From NCBI GenBank assembly GCA_963796285.1, contig CAWCKW010000012.1, positions 192,001 through 256,000 of the forward strand: DNA of 64,000 bases. The letters are read 5' to 3'. The stretch's first letter is position 1. Each line of letters begins with the position of its first letter. Position numbers and translations under genes: made by a program. This stretch comes from Nitrospirota bacterium. Lineage in GTDB: Bacteria > Nitrospirota > UBA9217. Of this stretch, positions 20,258-32,221 are shown piece after piece. The notes under the pieces were generated by a model. That model was not told the DNA's origin. It did no database searches and saw nothing but the letters and a program-made list of their open reading frames with translations.

Positions 20258-21727
20258 ATGGCATACGATACGTTAAGAGATTTTATCGCGGTCCTCGAAA
20301 AAAACAGCGAGCTCGTCAGGGTCAAGGCTGAAGTCAACGCCGAACTTGAGATCGCTGAAATTACCGACCGGATCTCGAAAGAAAAAGGAGCGGCGAATAA
20401 GGCGCTCCTGTTCGAGCGCGTTAAGGGATCGGCCTTCCCGGTCCTGACCAACGCATTCGGCTCCATGAAGCGGATGTGCCTTGCGCTCGAGGTCGGCAGT
20501 CTGGATGAGATCGGCCAGCGGATCAAGGAACTTGTCGACCCCACGAACCTGTTCCCTGGTCCGGGCGCCGGGATCATGGAGAAACTGGGGATGCTGCCGA
20601 AACTGGCAGATCTCGCCAACTTTTTCCCCAAGACCGTTAAAAAAGCCCCCTGTCAGGAAGTTGTTCTCACGGGAGACCACGTAGACCTTTCTAAAATTCC
20701 CGTGCTACAGTGCTGGCCTGCCGATGGCGGTCGTTTTATCACACTCCCCATGGTGTGTTCGGTCGATCCCCTGACAAAGATCACGAACGTTGGCATGTAT
20801 CGCATGCAGGTCTTTGACCATCAGACCACCGGTATGCACTGGCACAAACACAAGGACGGCGCCAGGCAGTATCAACATTACGAAGCTGCAGGCAGGCGCA
20901 TGGAAGTGGCGGTTGCCATCGGCGGCGATCCTGCCATCATCTATTCCTCCACCGCGCCGCTTCCACCGGCCATCGGCGAGTTCATCTTTGCCGGTTTTCT
21001 TAGGAAAAAGCCTCTGGAAGTTGTCCAATGCAAAACCGTTGACGTGCGCGTGCCGGCGGAGGCGGAGTTCATCCTGGAAGGCTTCGTCGATCCTTTCGAG
21101 CGGCGGAGGGAAGGACCGTTCGGCGACCATACGGGCTACTACTCCGAAGCTGATGAATACCCGGTATTCCATGTAACCGCCATTACGCACCGGAAGGACG
21201 CCATCTATCCGGCCACGCTGGTCGGACGCCCGCCTCAGGAAGACGCCTATCTCGGCAAGGCCACGGAACGGATATTTCTTCCGCTTCTCCAGATGGTCGC
21301 TCCCGATATCCTCGACATGGACATGCCCGTTGAAGGCGTGTTTCATAACAACGTGATCGTCAAGATCAAAAAACGCTATCCCGGCCACGGCAAGAAGGTG
21401 ATAAACACGATCTGGGGTACGGGTATGCTCATGCTCTCCAAGTTCGTCATTGTTTGCGATGAGGACGTGAATATCCACGATTATTCCGAAGTTACCTGGA
21501 AGGTCATGAACCACGTAGACCCGCAGCGCGATGTGGTCATCACCGATGGGCCGCTCGATATTCTTGACCACTCCTGTCCACAGATCGGTTTCGGCGGTAA
21601 AATGGGGATCGATGCTACGCGCAAAGGGCCCGGCGAAGGCTTCAGCCGCTCATGGCCGGATGAGATCAAGATGTCGCCTGAGGTGCAGGAGCTTGTTGAG
21701 CAACGCTGGAAGGAGTACGGGTTCTGA
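20258..21727 (+). CDS. ubiD: UbiD-family (menaquinone-pathway type) prenyl-FMN decarboxylase
   Basis: NVGMYRMQ, MHW..HKDG, EGPFGDHTGYY, GRPP.ED and KMGIDAT. Confidence 0.93.
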   Translation: MAYDTLRDFIAVLEKNSELVRVKAEVNAELEIAEITDRISKEKGAANKALLFERVKGSAFPVLTNAFGSMKRMCLALEVGSLDEIGQRIKELVDPTNLFPGPGAGIMEKLGMLPKLADLANFFPKTVKKAPCQEVVLTGDHVDLSKIPVLQCWPADGGRFITLPMVCSVDPLTKITNVGMYRMQVFDHQTTGMHWHKHKDGARQYQHYEAAGRRMEVAVAIGGDPAIIYSSTAPLPPAIGEFIFAGFLRKKPLEVVQCKTVDVRVPAEAEFILEGFVDPFERRREGPFGDHTGYYSEADEYPVFHVTAITHRKDAIYPATLVGRPPQEDAYLGKATERIFLPLLQMVAPDILDMDMPVEGVFHNNVIVKIKKRYPGHGKKVINTIWGTGMLMLSKFVIVCDEDVNIHDYSEVTWKVMNHVDPQRDVVITDGPLDILDHSCPQIGFGGKMGIDATRKGPGEGFSRSWPDEIKMSPEVQELVEQRWKEYGF

Positions 21728-21871
21728 CGGATGCCATTGCAGATCATGCGGAACCAAAGCAGAGATATGTACCAACGCCAAATTTCCGGTCGAAATGAAT
21801 TATGCTTGAGAGCTGTGTATTGGACAGTCGAAATTTGGGATTGTAATCCGTTCATTGGTTACCCCACATCT

Positions 21872-23212
21872 ATGCTCTTTCTTCAACTGCTGATAATTAT
21901 ACTCCTGGTCCTGATGAATGGTTTTTTTGCGGCATCTGAAATTTCTCTGCTCTCGCTGCGCAAAAGCCGCGTGCGGCATCTCGTAAAAAGCGGCAACACG
22001 AAGGCAAGGAGGATCCAGAAACTTCAAGAGGAACCAGAGCGATTTCTCGCCACTGTCCAGATCGTGGTCACTCTTATCGGCACGCTGGCGGCCACGTCCG
22101 GTGGTGTAATAGCCATTGAACGGATTAAGCCGTTTTTGGCTTCCCTGCCCGTTGAATTCATCAAAAAAGCTGCCGAACCGATCGCGGTCGGCATTGTCGT
22201 AAGCATCATCGCGTATTTAACGCTGGTGTTCGGTGAACTGGTCCCCAAGTCGCTGGCAATCCGCTATTCCGAAAAAATCGCGTTTGCTACGTCGGCGTCC
22301 GTTGATATCCTTTCCAGGTTTTTTCACTGGATCCTGCGCATCCTTACGGTTTCCAACAACTTTGTGCTCGGCTTGTTTGTTTCCTCTGATCATCAGGAAC
22401 CGTCACTTGTATCGGAGGACGAGGTCAAATACCTGATACGGGAAGGCCGCAAGAGCGGTGTGTTCGAACCATCGGAAGAGGACCTCATCCACAGCGTGTT
22501 CCGGTTTACCGACACGGTGGTTAAGGAGGTTATGGTCCCCCGGACCGAGATCGTGGCGCTTGAGGCGGAAAGCGACGTCGATACCATTCTCCGGACTATG
22601 AACGAGAAGGGGTTCTCACGGTTGCCGGTCTATGCAGAGACCATCGACAACATAATCGGCGTGGTCTATCTCAAGGACATTCTGGCGCTCCATATGGAGA
22701 AACGGACGTTCAAACTCGACCAGGTGCTTCGCAAGCCCTATATCGTACCGTCGAACAAGAACGTGAGCGTGCTCCTTAAGGAGATGCGGGAAAAGCGCAT
22801 CCACCTGGCGCTCGTCGGTGACGAATACGGCGGTACCGACGGCCTCGTTACGATGGAGGACCTCATCGAGGAGATCGTCGGTGATATCCGGGACGAGCAG
22901 GAGAAAGTGCTGCGCGAGATCGAAGAAATAGCCGCGAACCGGTACCTTGTCGATGGAAAGACTGATATTGAAAAAGTGAACCAGCGGTTGGGCGCGAATT
23001 TGCCGGAGGATGAATTCGAGACCATCGGCGGTTTTGTTCTTGGTCTCTTTGGACGGCTGCCGGCTGAAGGGGACCAGGTCCGATACCAGAACATGATGTT
23101 CACCGTGCTCCGGCTGCGAAAAAACCGGATCTCTCGCATCCGGGTCCTCAAATACGCACCAGAACACAATGGGAGTGAAAGCGATGAAAACACCACTGAT
23201 ACTCGAGACTAA
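21872..23212 (+). CDS. Hemolysin/CNNM family protein (DUF21-CBS-CorC)
   Basis: [18 protein letters not shown] pair (VMVPR, FSRLPVY, DEYGG..G.VT.ED..EEIVG) and CorC tail. Confidence 0.93.
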   Translation: MLFLQLLIIILLVLMNGFFAASEISLLSLRKSRVRHLVKSGNTKARRIQKLQEEPERFLATVQIVVTLIGTLAATSGGVIAIERIKPFLASLPVEFIKKAAEPIAVGIVVSIIAYLTLVFGELVPKSLAIRYSEKIAFATSASVDILSRFFHWILRILTVSNNFVLGLFVSSDHQEPSLVSEDEVKYLIREGRKSGVFEPSEEDLIHSVFRFTDTVVKEVMVPRTEIVALEAESDVDTILRTMNEKGFSRLPVYAETIDNIIGVVYLKDILALHMEKRTFKLDQVLRKPYIVPSNKNVSVLLKEMREKRIHLALVGDEYGGTDGLVTMEDLIEEIVGDIRDEQEKVLREIEEIAANRYLVDGKTDIEKVNQRLGANLPEDEFETIGGFVLGLFGRLPAEGDQVRYQNMMFTVLRLRKNRISRIRVLKYAPEHNGSESDENTTDTRD

Positions 23213-24068
23213 TCTTGCGGGGCTTAAGCCGCCAACGCGCGGCAAGGTGCGCGATATCTACGATCTCGGAGAGACCTTGCTCATTGTCGCTACGGACAGA
23301 ATATCCGCCTTCGATGTGGTGCTTCCGAACGCGGTCCCGGAGAAGGGGAGAGTGCTTACTCAGATTTCGAAGTACTGGTTCGAGAAGATGTCGGACATTG
23401 TCAGGAACCATCTGATCTCCATGGAAGTCAAAGACTATCCCGTCGAGTGCAGGAAGTATGCTGCGGTCCTCGAGGGCCGGAGCATGCTCGTAAAGAAATC
23501 ACAGCCTCTCCCTGTGGAATGCATCGTGCGCGGCTACCTGACCGGTTCCGGTCTTAAGGAGTACAAGAGCACAGGATCGGTAAGCGGCATCAAGCTCCCT
23601 GCCGGATTGACCGAGGCATCACGTTTGCCCGAACCGCTCTTTACACCTTCAACCAAGGCGGAGATGGGCGAGCATGACATGAATATTGCTTTCGATTCTG
23701 TTGTTCAACTTGTGGGAACGGACACGGCAGAGAAGATAAAAAAATATACACTTGCCATTTACAAACGGGCATGCGAACTCGCGGAGCCCAAAGGGATCAT
23801 CATTGCCGATACAAAGCTGGAATTCGGTCTTTATCATGGAGACGTGATCCTGATCGATGAAGTGCTGACCCCTGACTCGTCGAGGTTCTGGCCGAAGCAT
23901 GACTACCAAGAAGGCGTTGTGCAAAAGAGTTTCGATAAACAATTCGTCCGCGACTACCTCCTTTCCCTCACCTGGGACCAGAAACACCCCGCGCCCGTCC
24001 TCCCTGATGATGTCGTGAACAGAACGAGCGAAAAGTATCTTGAAGTTCTTAAGATGCTGACGGCATAG
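23184..24068 (+). CDS. purC: SAICAR synthetase
   Basis: [35 protein letters not shown] and DKQFVRD. Confidence 0.98.
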   Translation: MKTPLILETNLAGLKPPTRGKVRDIYDLGETLLIVATDRISAFDVVLPNAVPEKGRVLTQISKYWFEKMSDIVRNHLISMEVKDYPVECRKYAAVLEGRSMLVKKSQPLPVECIVRGYLTGSGLKEYKSTGSVSGIKLPAGLTEASRLPEPLFTPSTKAEMGEHDMNIAFDSVVQLVGTDTAEKIKKYTLAIYKRACELAEPKGIIIADTKLEFGLYHGDVILIDEVLTPDSSRFWPKHDYQEGVVQKSFDKQFVRDYLLSLTWDQKHPAPVLPDDVVNRTSEKYLEVLKMLTA

Positions 24069-24304
24069 AAATGCGTAACGTCTTCTTGGTCACTAAACTA
24101 TACATGATCTCGACTAGTGATAATCTACCGCGGAGGCGTAGCCTGCTGTTGCCCCCTGCTCTTGCGATAGCGCGGGGACAAGCCAAAACGCGGCCATAAA
24201 CGGAGATGCCGAGAAATGCATGCTAAATAGAGTTGGAATTTTCTCTGCGCCTCTGCGTCTCGGCGGTGAATAATATAAATTGCGAGTCCGACAAAATTAA
24301 TGGT

Positions 24305-25294
24305 ATGGAAAAGTTCATCTCCATCGTCATTCCGAATTATAACGGGAGCGCTACCATTGGGAAATGTCTCGATGCAGCGTTCGCTTCGCGATACAGCAAC
24401 TTTGAAGTTATTGTCGCAGATGATTGCTCCACCGATGATTCCATCGAAATCATCAGACGATTTCCCTGCAAACTCGTGAGGCTTGAGAACCATTCGGGCG
24501 TGTCCACGGCAAGGAATCAAGGGGCGCAAAACAGCCGGGGCGAACTGCTGTTCTTTACCGACGCCGACTGCCTCATCCGGGAAGACGCGCTGTCCCTCGC
24601 AAACGCGGCAATGGAGCAGCACGCGAATGCGGTCATCGGTGGGACCTATACTCCCTTACCCCTAGATACCGACTTCTTCAGCGTGTTCCAATCCCTCTTT
24701 GTTCATTACTCAGAGACAAAAAACAAGGAACCGGATTATATCGCAGGACACGCCATGGTCATTGACGCGGATGTGTTCAGGAAAAGCGGCGGCTTTGATG
24801 AACATTTTCTCCCGCTGTTTGAGGATGTGGATTTCAGTCACCGGCTCCGCCGGACCGGTTGCCGATTGGTCATGCAGCCCGGGATCCTGGTGACACACAT
24901 TTTTAATTTTACGTTCCTGAGATCTCTTCGGAACGCTTACCAAAAATCGAAATACTGGACCAGGTATTCCCTTACGAACCACGACGTGCTTGCTGACTCG
25001 GGCACGGCTTCGGTGGAACTCAAAGTTACCGCTGCCTGTTTGTTCCTAACCATCCTGCTTGCGGTCCTCTACTTTATTCGGAGAAATCCCTGCTATCTGG
25101 GCCTCATACCACTCCTGTTTGCTTTCGATCTTTATTTCATAAGAGGCACGATCTCATTCTTTTCCCGGGAAAAGGGAACCAGGTACTCCATTCTTGCGGC
25201 GTTGTACTACATGTGGGTCTACGCCCTTGCGGTGGGAGTGGGTGCGTTCATGGGAATCGTGAGTTGGATTTTAGCGAGGCGCGACACGGTTTAG
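24305..25294 (+). CDS. Glycosyltransferase family 2 with C-terminal TM helices
   Basis: SIVIPNYN, DDCSTD, ARNQGA, FTDAD and ED.D motifs plus a hydrophobic C-terminus. Confidence 0.92.
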   Translation: MEKFISIVIPNYNGSATIGKCLDAAFASRYSNFEVIVADDCSTDDSIEIIRRFPCKLVRLENHSGVSTARNQGAQNSRGELLFFTDADCLIREDALSLANAAMEQHANAVIGGTYTPLPLDTDFFSVFQSLFVHYSETKNKEPDYIAGHAMVIDADVFRKSGGFDEHFLPLFEDVDFSHRLRRTGCRLVMQPGILVTHIFNFTFLRSLRNAYQKSKYWTRYSLTNHDVLADSGTASVELKVTAACLFLTILLAVLYFIRRNPCYLGLIPLLFAFDLYFIRGTISFFSREKGTRYSILAALYYMWVYALAVGVGAFMGIVSWILARRDTV

Positions 25295-25400
25295 TATTTG
25301 TGGACTGTAATGGTATGCAGGGGAAACAGAGAAAACGCGCACGCCGTGGGTTGTGGCTACTCAGTATAATCAGGATGTTTACAGAGACTCATGGGTTTGA

Positions 25401-25500
25401 TCTTTTCCTGAAGATGTCCTTTGCCACCCAGAGCCAGAACAGACTTCGTGCCGCCTTAACGAGGGACGCGAAGTCATCCCAGTTTCGGACCGAACATATC
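25401..25500 (-). pseudogene. Orphan copy of the 3' end of the radical SAM gene at 33985-35423
   Basis: 25421-25493 matches 34011-34082 with 2 substitutions and 1 indel; encodes SVRNWDDFASLVKAARSLFWLWVAKDIF. Confidence 0.85.
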
Positions 25501-25525
25501 CTGCAAGTTTTGCGACGATGCCGAG

Positions 25526-26937
25526 TTAAAGGAAAACTCTGAATGCCGTGCGAGCGTATTCGCGGATAGTCCACAGCGACGACATGTTTCTCAAATGCTG
25601 CGCGAGGATGCGCGGCCTCAGGTAGAAACGGCGATAGGCGCGGCGTGGCGCCTGGTAAAGCTGCTCATTGGTGACGTATTTGAGACGATTTATCGGCTGG
25701 CTCATGCTGTCATACAGACGCCAGTCCTCCGTCAGCGGCAGGCTCTCCGCTCGGTTGCGATTAAATTCCTCAGTGCCGGGCAAAGGCACCATCACCTGGA
25801 AGGTGGCGCTGTCCAGATCCAGTTCCCGTGAAAAGGCAATCGTCTCTTCTATGGTTTCCGGGGTCTCGTCGACGAAGCCGAAGAGAAAATAGCCGTGGCC
25901 GAGATCCCAGCCTTGCGCGTGTTCCTGACTGCCTGCGCCACACGCTCTTTTGTGATCTTCTTGATCGCCATGAGCATTTTTCATTACCGACCTCGATACC
26001 ATATTGCACGCGGCGGCATCCAGCTTTGTACATCGCGACGAGCATCTCGGTGTCAATTTCGTTCACCCGGCCGTTGCAAGTCCGGGCGATATCAAGTCCT
26101 CTTTCGCTGATCAACTGGCACAGCTCCATCAGCCGTTTCTCGGTCGCAAATCATCGACGGGTCCCGGAAGGAAAACATGGTTACGCCGAAATTACGGTTC
26201 AGCCATGCAAGCTCGTCGACGATGTTTTTTGCGCCGCGGAGCCGGTATTGTTTGCCCTGTTGCATGGACACATCGCAAAAACAGCAGCCGTGCGGGCAGC
26301 CACGGCCGCTAATGATGCAGGAGAAATTCCCCTTTTCCCCCCAGGTGGCGAAGGGATTGTACATGACTGGGTTGGGCAGCAGATCATGAGCGGGAAAAGC
26401 GAGTTGATCAGGATTGGTGTTAAAGTGACGCGTCGAGGTCACCCTCGGAACGCCGTTCTTTCTGACGACGATCCCTGGCACCGATAGAAAGTCTCCGCCG
26501 GTCGCGGCAACCCGGCAAATTTCCTGCATTGTTTCCTCGCCCTCGCCGATGAGGGCCAGGTCTACAGAGGGGCTTGCGGAAGCGTCAAGAGGAAGCGCGA
26601 TAACGTGCGGATCGCCGACCACAACCAGAACTCCTGGGTCGATCTTCTTGGCCATCTGTGCAGCCTTTTCCGCATCGGCCCATTGCAGCGTCAAAGCACT
26701 TATGCCGACGAGGGAAGGTTTGAAGGCCCGGATTCTCGCCCGCAGTTCCTTGGCCGGAGCGCCGAGGGAGTAAGCGTCAATTACCTCAACGGGAAATCCC
26801 GCAGCCCGGACGGCGGCCGCTACATAGGCCAAACCGAGCGGTTGCGTTGAGTGCACGGGAAGTTCAACGCGGCCGTTCCATAAACCCCGCGGTGGCGTCA
26901 TGAGCAGGACCTTGAAGGCGGCGCCCTTGTCCTGCAT
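25526..26937 (-). CDS. B12-binding (class B) radical SAM protein, frameshifted in this sequence
   Basis: PLGLAYVAA B12-binding N-terminus, GEGE, RGCPHGCCFC, YGIEVG; continues over three overlapping ORFs (26092-26937, 25770-26129, 25526-26056). Confidence 0.85.
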
Positions 26938-27043
26938 TGCCTTAGACTTTATTTAGTTTTTGTTGATCATAATTCAGAAGGACAGTGGCCGGGTATTTTC
27001 GAATTTCGAGAAGTGCCATGGATCATATTTTACATGATACTAG

Positions 27044-28601
27044 GAGTCTGTCGGACTTAACGATCTGATCCGACGACTATTTATCAAATTTCTGAGATCA
27101 TCAACGTTTTGATCGGTATTCACCAATCAAAGTAACGGGTGCTTTGTTCTTTCTTATCGCTATCAACTTAAGGCATGCAGCCTTTTTAGGTTCCAGGCGA
27201 TGCAGACCAAGTCCCATTCGCCTTGTACCGACTCAAAGCCTCGCAGCAGGAACTGCCGGAATCCCATGACTGCCTTGATGATGCCGAAGACCGGTTCCAC
27301 CGTACTCTTACGCTTGGCGTAGAGCTTCTTCCCGGCCTGTGTCCGGAGCCGGTGCTTCATCTTGGTAACCGCATCTGCATCATCCGGCAGCAGGCAACGG
27401 TTCACGGAACCGATCCATGAGCGGCTGGTTGTGCTGATCCCGGCCAAAGGCAAGGTACGGTGTGATCTTGTTTTTCTCGCAAGCGCCGACGTTGGTTTCG
27501 CTGTAGAAGCCGTTGTCAGTAAGGACCGCATCTACCGTGCCGAGGGCTTCCGGTAAAGCCGCGAGATTCGCGATCGCTGGTTCCAGTTCGCGTTTGTCGT
27601 TTGTCTGTTGGCTCACATGGCTGGTGACGATCATCATTGATTCGATATCGACGCCAGCCTGGGCATTATAAGCCTGCTCAAAGCCGCCGCCGGACTTTTT
27701 CATGATGCGGGATTCACCGTCCGTCAGGTTGACCTGGTCTTTACCCTTGACGCCGGGTTCAGGCGGTTGCGGTTTAGGGCCACGAGGCTTTTTGCCGGTC
27801 TTCTGTTCTTTTTCGGCGCGCTCGGCCAGGTTCTTGTCGTACGGCTTCTTGTTCCTGGGCGTAACGCTCGGCGGCACGCCGTTCAATCTCGGCCTTGGCG
27901 TCGGCTATGGCCTTGAGCCGCTCTGTCCGCCGGGACAGTTCTTCCGGGATGTTCATCCCATCCGGGATATCGGCCTGATCGGCAGCTTCTGCTTGGCGAA
28001 GGAGTTCGGCCACTTCCGCCTTGAGCTGCTCTTCGAGCTTGCAGGCGTGAGCGTAACTCAAGGCTTTATGCTTAGAGGCATTCGCCTTGACCTTTGTCCC
28101 GTCCAGGCTGACTGTGCCCAGCTTCAAGACGCCCGTCTGCTGGGCGATCAGCAGGATCTGGATGAACAGAGCTTTGAGCTGCGGCAGAAACCGCTTCCGG
28201 AAAACGGCGATCGTATCGTGGTCCGGATGAGCATTGGCAGCAATAAACCGGAACGCTATTGAATCATAGGTGCTCCGCTCCAGTTTCCGGCTGGAGAATA
28301 CCCCAGTGGCGTATCCGTAGAACAGGAGTGCCAGAAGCATCTCCGGATTATAGGGCTGCGATCCGCGTCCTGCATACGCTGCTTTCAAAGAGCTAAGATC
28401 GAGCTGGTCAACGATCTCGACGACAAATCGGGCCAGATGATCTTCGGGCAGCCAGTCTTGAAGAGACGGCGGCAATAAATAGAGTGTTGACTGATCATAG
28501 TCGATAAATTTTGCGCTCATCTTGTTCAACCTCGTTATGTGCGATTGAAAAGCTGAGCGACTATAGCATATTTTATTTAGTCGGGAAAGTCCGACAGACT
28601 C
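27044..28601 (-). mobile_element. IS1182-family insertion sequence (transposase 27163-28529, frameshifted)
   Basis: 15-bp terminal IRs GAGTCTGTCGGACTT / AAGTCCGACAGACTC, flanking CTAG duplication (27040-43, 28602-05); motifs LPEDHLARF, SSRKLE, DGTKVKANAS, YNAQ and R...VEPVFG.IK. Confidence 0.93.
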
Positions 28602-28604
28602 CTA

Positions 28605-29452
28605 GAACCTATCTCAAAATTAGATTTTTCTATGTGATCTAAGTTGGGTGTGGTATTATCGCGCATGGCATTGCGTCTAACAGACGAACAATGGGAACGA
28701 ATCCGGGAAAATTTTCCCGAAGAGAACATTCCCGATGGTCGCCCAGGACGCAAGCCAGTACCCGCGCGTCATGTCCTCGAAGGTGTGCTCTGGATCCTGA
28801 ACACCGGAGCGCAGTGGCACATGCTTCCGCAATGCTACCCCAACTACAAGACCGTCCATCGTCGTTTTCAGCAGTGGTGCCGCAATGATGTACTGCGTGA
28901 TGCACTATGCCAGTTGGCAAACGCACTGCGCGAGTCCGGGGCACTGGACGAATCCGAGTGCTACATCGATGCTACTTTCTCTCCGGCCAAAGGCGGGGGG
29001 GAGGAATCGGCCCAACAAAGCGTGGAAAAGGCGTGAAAATCATGGGTATTGTGGATCGCAATGGTCTGCCGCTGGCCATCACCACGCATGCTGCCAATCA
29101 CCATGAAGTCACACTTGTTCAGCTGACCTTTGACTTCTATATGATCGAAGCAAAGCCAGAGAAACTGATCGGCGACAAAGCCTACGATAGCGATCGCCTG
29201 GACGAGCTGAAAAGAGATAGGGTATGGAGATGATCGCGCCGCACCGTCACAAGAAGAACCGCGTACTCAAAGACGCAAGACGGTCGAGCGCTTCGCCGCT
29301 ACAAGCGTCGCTGGATCGTCGAACGATTCTGGTCCTGGCTTCATTGGCATCGTCGTCTCGTTGTCCGCTGGGAATATTACACGACGAACTTTCTTGGCTT
29401 TGTTCAGCTTGCTTCAATTTGTATCTTACTCAAGCAATTTTGAGATAGGTTC
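28605..29452 (+). mobile_element. IS5-family (IS427-like) insertion sequence with two-ORF transposase
   Basis: IRs GAACCTATCTCAAAATT / AATTTTGAGATAGGTTC flanked by TA; ORF A LTDEQWERI...G.QW..LP..Y....TVHRRF..W; ORF B with GDKAYDS and RW.VER; G-run near 28995 at the ORF junction. Confidence 0.9.
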
Positions 29453-29723
29453 TAATACAAACGCACTGAGAATTGTGACAAAGTCAAAATAGTTGCCTCA
29501 TGTAATCAATGTGTTAAGATGACTCACTGTATCAATTTATTCTGCGTTTGCATTAACATGATGTATTTCAAAATCAAGGCATAAGAACAGGCCTTGATCC
29601 CGTCCGCTAAAAAGGTTATGATCTTAAAGAAAGGCCAACCTTTTGCACGAATCAAAACTGAGAAAGCGGTGGATTAAAAAAGATTCAAAATTCAAGCTGT
29701 CGGTTTGTGTGGTACTGTAAATC

Positions 29724-30805
29724 ATGTATACGCCCTTAAAGACGCGCCGTCAATCCTCTGGAAACGAAAACCTATCCAGCTTACGTTTTTCCTGACTAGG
29801 CATTGCAACTCGAAATGCCCGTTCTGCTTCTATCTCCGGAACTCTGATGCGGCACCAACCGGGAATCAGGAATTGTCCGTTGAAGAGATCGGCAAAATTT
29901 CCGTGTTCCCTCGGGCCGCTTTTTTGGGTCGCCTTCTCGGGCGGCGAGATCTATCTGCGGGACGATCTGGCCGAGATCAGCAAGATATTTCATGACGTCA
30001 ACAAGCCGCCCGTCATCCTTTTCTCAACGAACGGAATGCTCCCGTCCGTGATTCGTTCGAAGACCGAGCGGATCCTGAAAGAATGCGGAAACAGCGTCAT
30101 CGCCGTGAAGCTCTCCCTTGACGGGGTCGGCAAAGATCATGACGCGGTGCGTGCGACGCCGGGGAGTTTTGAAAAGACTATCGAGACGTACAACCTGCTC
30201 GAACCGCTTCTGTCCGAATATCCCCATTTCGAGCTCGGCATCAACACCGTTTTCTGTTCCGAGAACCAGGACAAGATGGACGGGCTGATCGATTTCGTTG
30301 CCGGGTTGAAGAATATCGGAACGCACACGATTTCGCTCGTCCGGGGAAATCTGTCCGAGGGCCGGTACAAGGAGGTCGATCCGGGAAAATACCGGGCCGC
30401 GATCGGGAGGCTCGGAAAGAACCTGACGGACGGATGCGCGAAGACGTATCGCTTCGCGGGAGCGCGCATCAAGGCCGCGCAGGATGTCCTCCAGCGGAAG
30501 CTGATCCATCGCACGCTGCTCGAACAAAAAAGGGTGATACCGTGTTATGCTGGAAGACTGAACGTGGTGGTGACGGAAACAGGAGAGGTGAAGCCGTGCG
30601 AGATGCTGCGCCGTCTCTTTTGGAAACGTGAGGGATGCAGGCTATGACATCGAGGAAGGTCCTCAATTCAGCAAAGGCAAAAGAGATCGTCCGTGCGATA
30701 ACACAAGGAGAATGTTTCTGCACCCATGAATGCTACTTCATGACGAATATTCTGTTCAATCCAGGCCTGTACCCTCGGCTTTTTCAGGAATATGTGAAAA
30801 TATAA
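29724..30805 (+). CDS. Radical SAM/SPASM(Twitch)-domain protein, frameshifted
   Basis: CNSKCPFC, FSGGE, STNG, SLDG, CYAGR...G.V.PCE and C-terminal CFCTHEC ending at TAA 30803-30805. Confidence 0.85.
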
Positions 30806-30810
30806 CTGTA

Positions 30811-32189
30811 TTACGGTCCGCGTTTAATCTTTTCCGCCGCGTTCATTCCCGACTCGATCGCATGGTCCATATTGTAATACCGGAACATACCGGACCGGCC
30901 GGCGTTATGGAGGTTCTCGAAGCCTGCGAGATACGCGGCGATCTCATTAAAATATTTATCGTAGCCGACCTCGAACAAAGGATATGCTTTCGGGACCCTC
31001 ACGATGACGCTGTCAAGCACTTCGCCGCGATTGATGAAGCCGAGCCGCTCGAGATGGTCAATCCCGATATCGGCGATCGTGCGGTCGTCTGCATTCCAGA
31101 TAACGTCGTCTTTGTAACAGAAAAATTCGAGCACGAGGAGGGTCTTCCCCTGAGGGGCCATAGCCTTGCTCCAGTTGGTCGGCTCGTGGAGTCTGCCGAA
31201 GGGGATCGCCCGCTCGGGGATATAGATCCATGTCTGGTCCGTCACTTTGGACCTGTCGATCATCACGGCCGCTATCACAAGGTCCCTGAACCTGAGTTTT
31301 GACGTTGCAGCCATCACCCGTTCCGGGGGAGCCGGGTCCAGCATTTTCACGAGGGCGGTAACCGGCATACTTGAAACGAATTGGCCCCCATACTCTCTGC
31401 GCGAGGCCCCGTCGCTATTCACAATGATACTTTCTATACTGCCACCCGCATGGTTGATCTGCTCGACCCGGGTCCGGGTAAAGACCCTGCCCGACTTCTC
31501 TATTCCATCCTTTAAGACCTCTGCGATGCGGCCGATACCGAGCCGGGGATACATAAAAAGAATCGACGAGTGTTGGAAACTCCCCGGTCTTTTTTTTGAA
31601 CGCGGCATTTACTATGGCCTTGGAAAGAGAAAGTCCCTGGATTCTCCAGGTCCACCCATTCCGCGCTGATCCGGCCGCAGTCGATCCCCCAGACCTTCTC
31701 GCTGTATTCCTTGAAGTAGATATCGAACATGGTCCGTCCGAAATGTGAGATCACCCAGTCTTCGAGTGAAGCCGTTTCCGGATCCCAGAAAATCCGTTTC
31801 ACCCGCTCGATGCCGTAACTGCCGAGTATCCTTAAGGTCGTCGGAATCCCTATGTCGAACGCCGCATTGAGCGGTTTCAAGGGATATTCGAAGTACTTCC
31901 CCCGCAGGAAGATACTGCTCTTGCGCGGCACGTTGATCAGCTCACCGTGCATCAGGTTTTTTACGAAGGCATCGATCCGCGGGTCTTTCGTGAAAAAACG
32001 ATGGCCGCCGAGATCGAACCGGTATCCGAGATGCTCGATCGTTCTCGAAATACCGCCTACGGCGCGATCGGCTTCGAATACGGAAACCGGAATACCCGCC
32101 TCGGCAAGGACATATCCCGCGGAGAGGCCCGTAAGACCGCCGCCGAGGATAAGAACTTCGTTTTTCGCTTGAGTCAAGACATCCTCCAA
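30811..32189 (-). CDS. FAD-dependent oxidoreductase (HemY/UGM-like), paralog 1, frameshifted
   Basis: ILGGGLTGL, VGGISRT, FDLGGHRFF, KVWG and GRSGMFRYYNMDHAI; split near 31610-31650. Confidence 0.88.
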
Positions 32190-32221
32190 ACCTGTTGCAG
32201 CGCTGCTTAGTATAGGACCCG

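Noticed and set aside
29632-29647. Sigma54 promoter AGGCCAACCTTTTGCA upstream of the SPASM gene
   Set aside because: GG-N10-GC spacing fits but the -24 box departs from TGGCAC; too weak to call.
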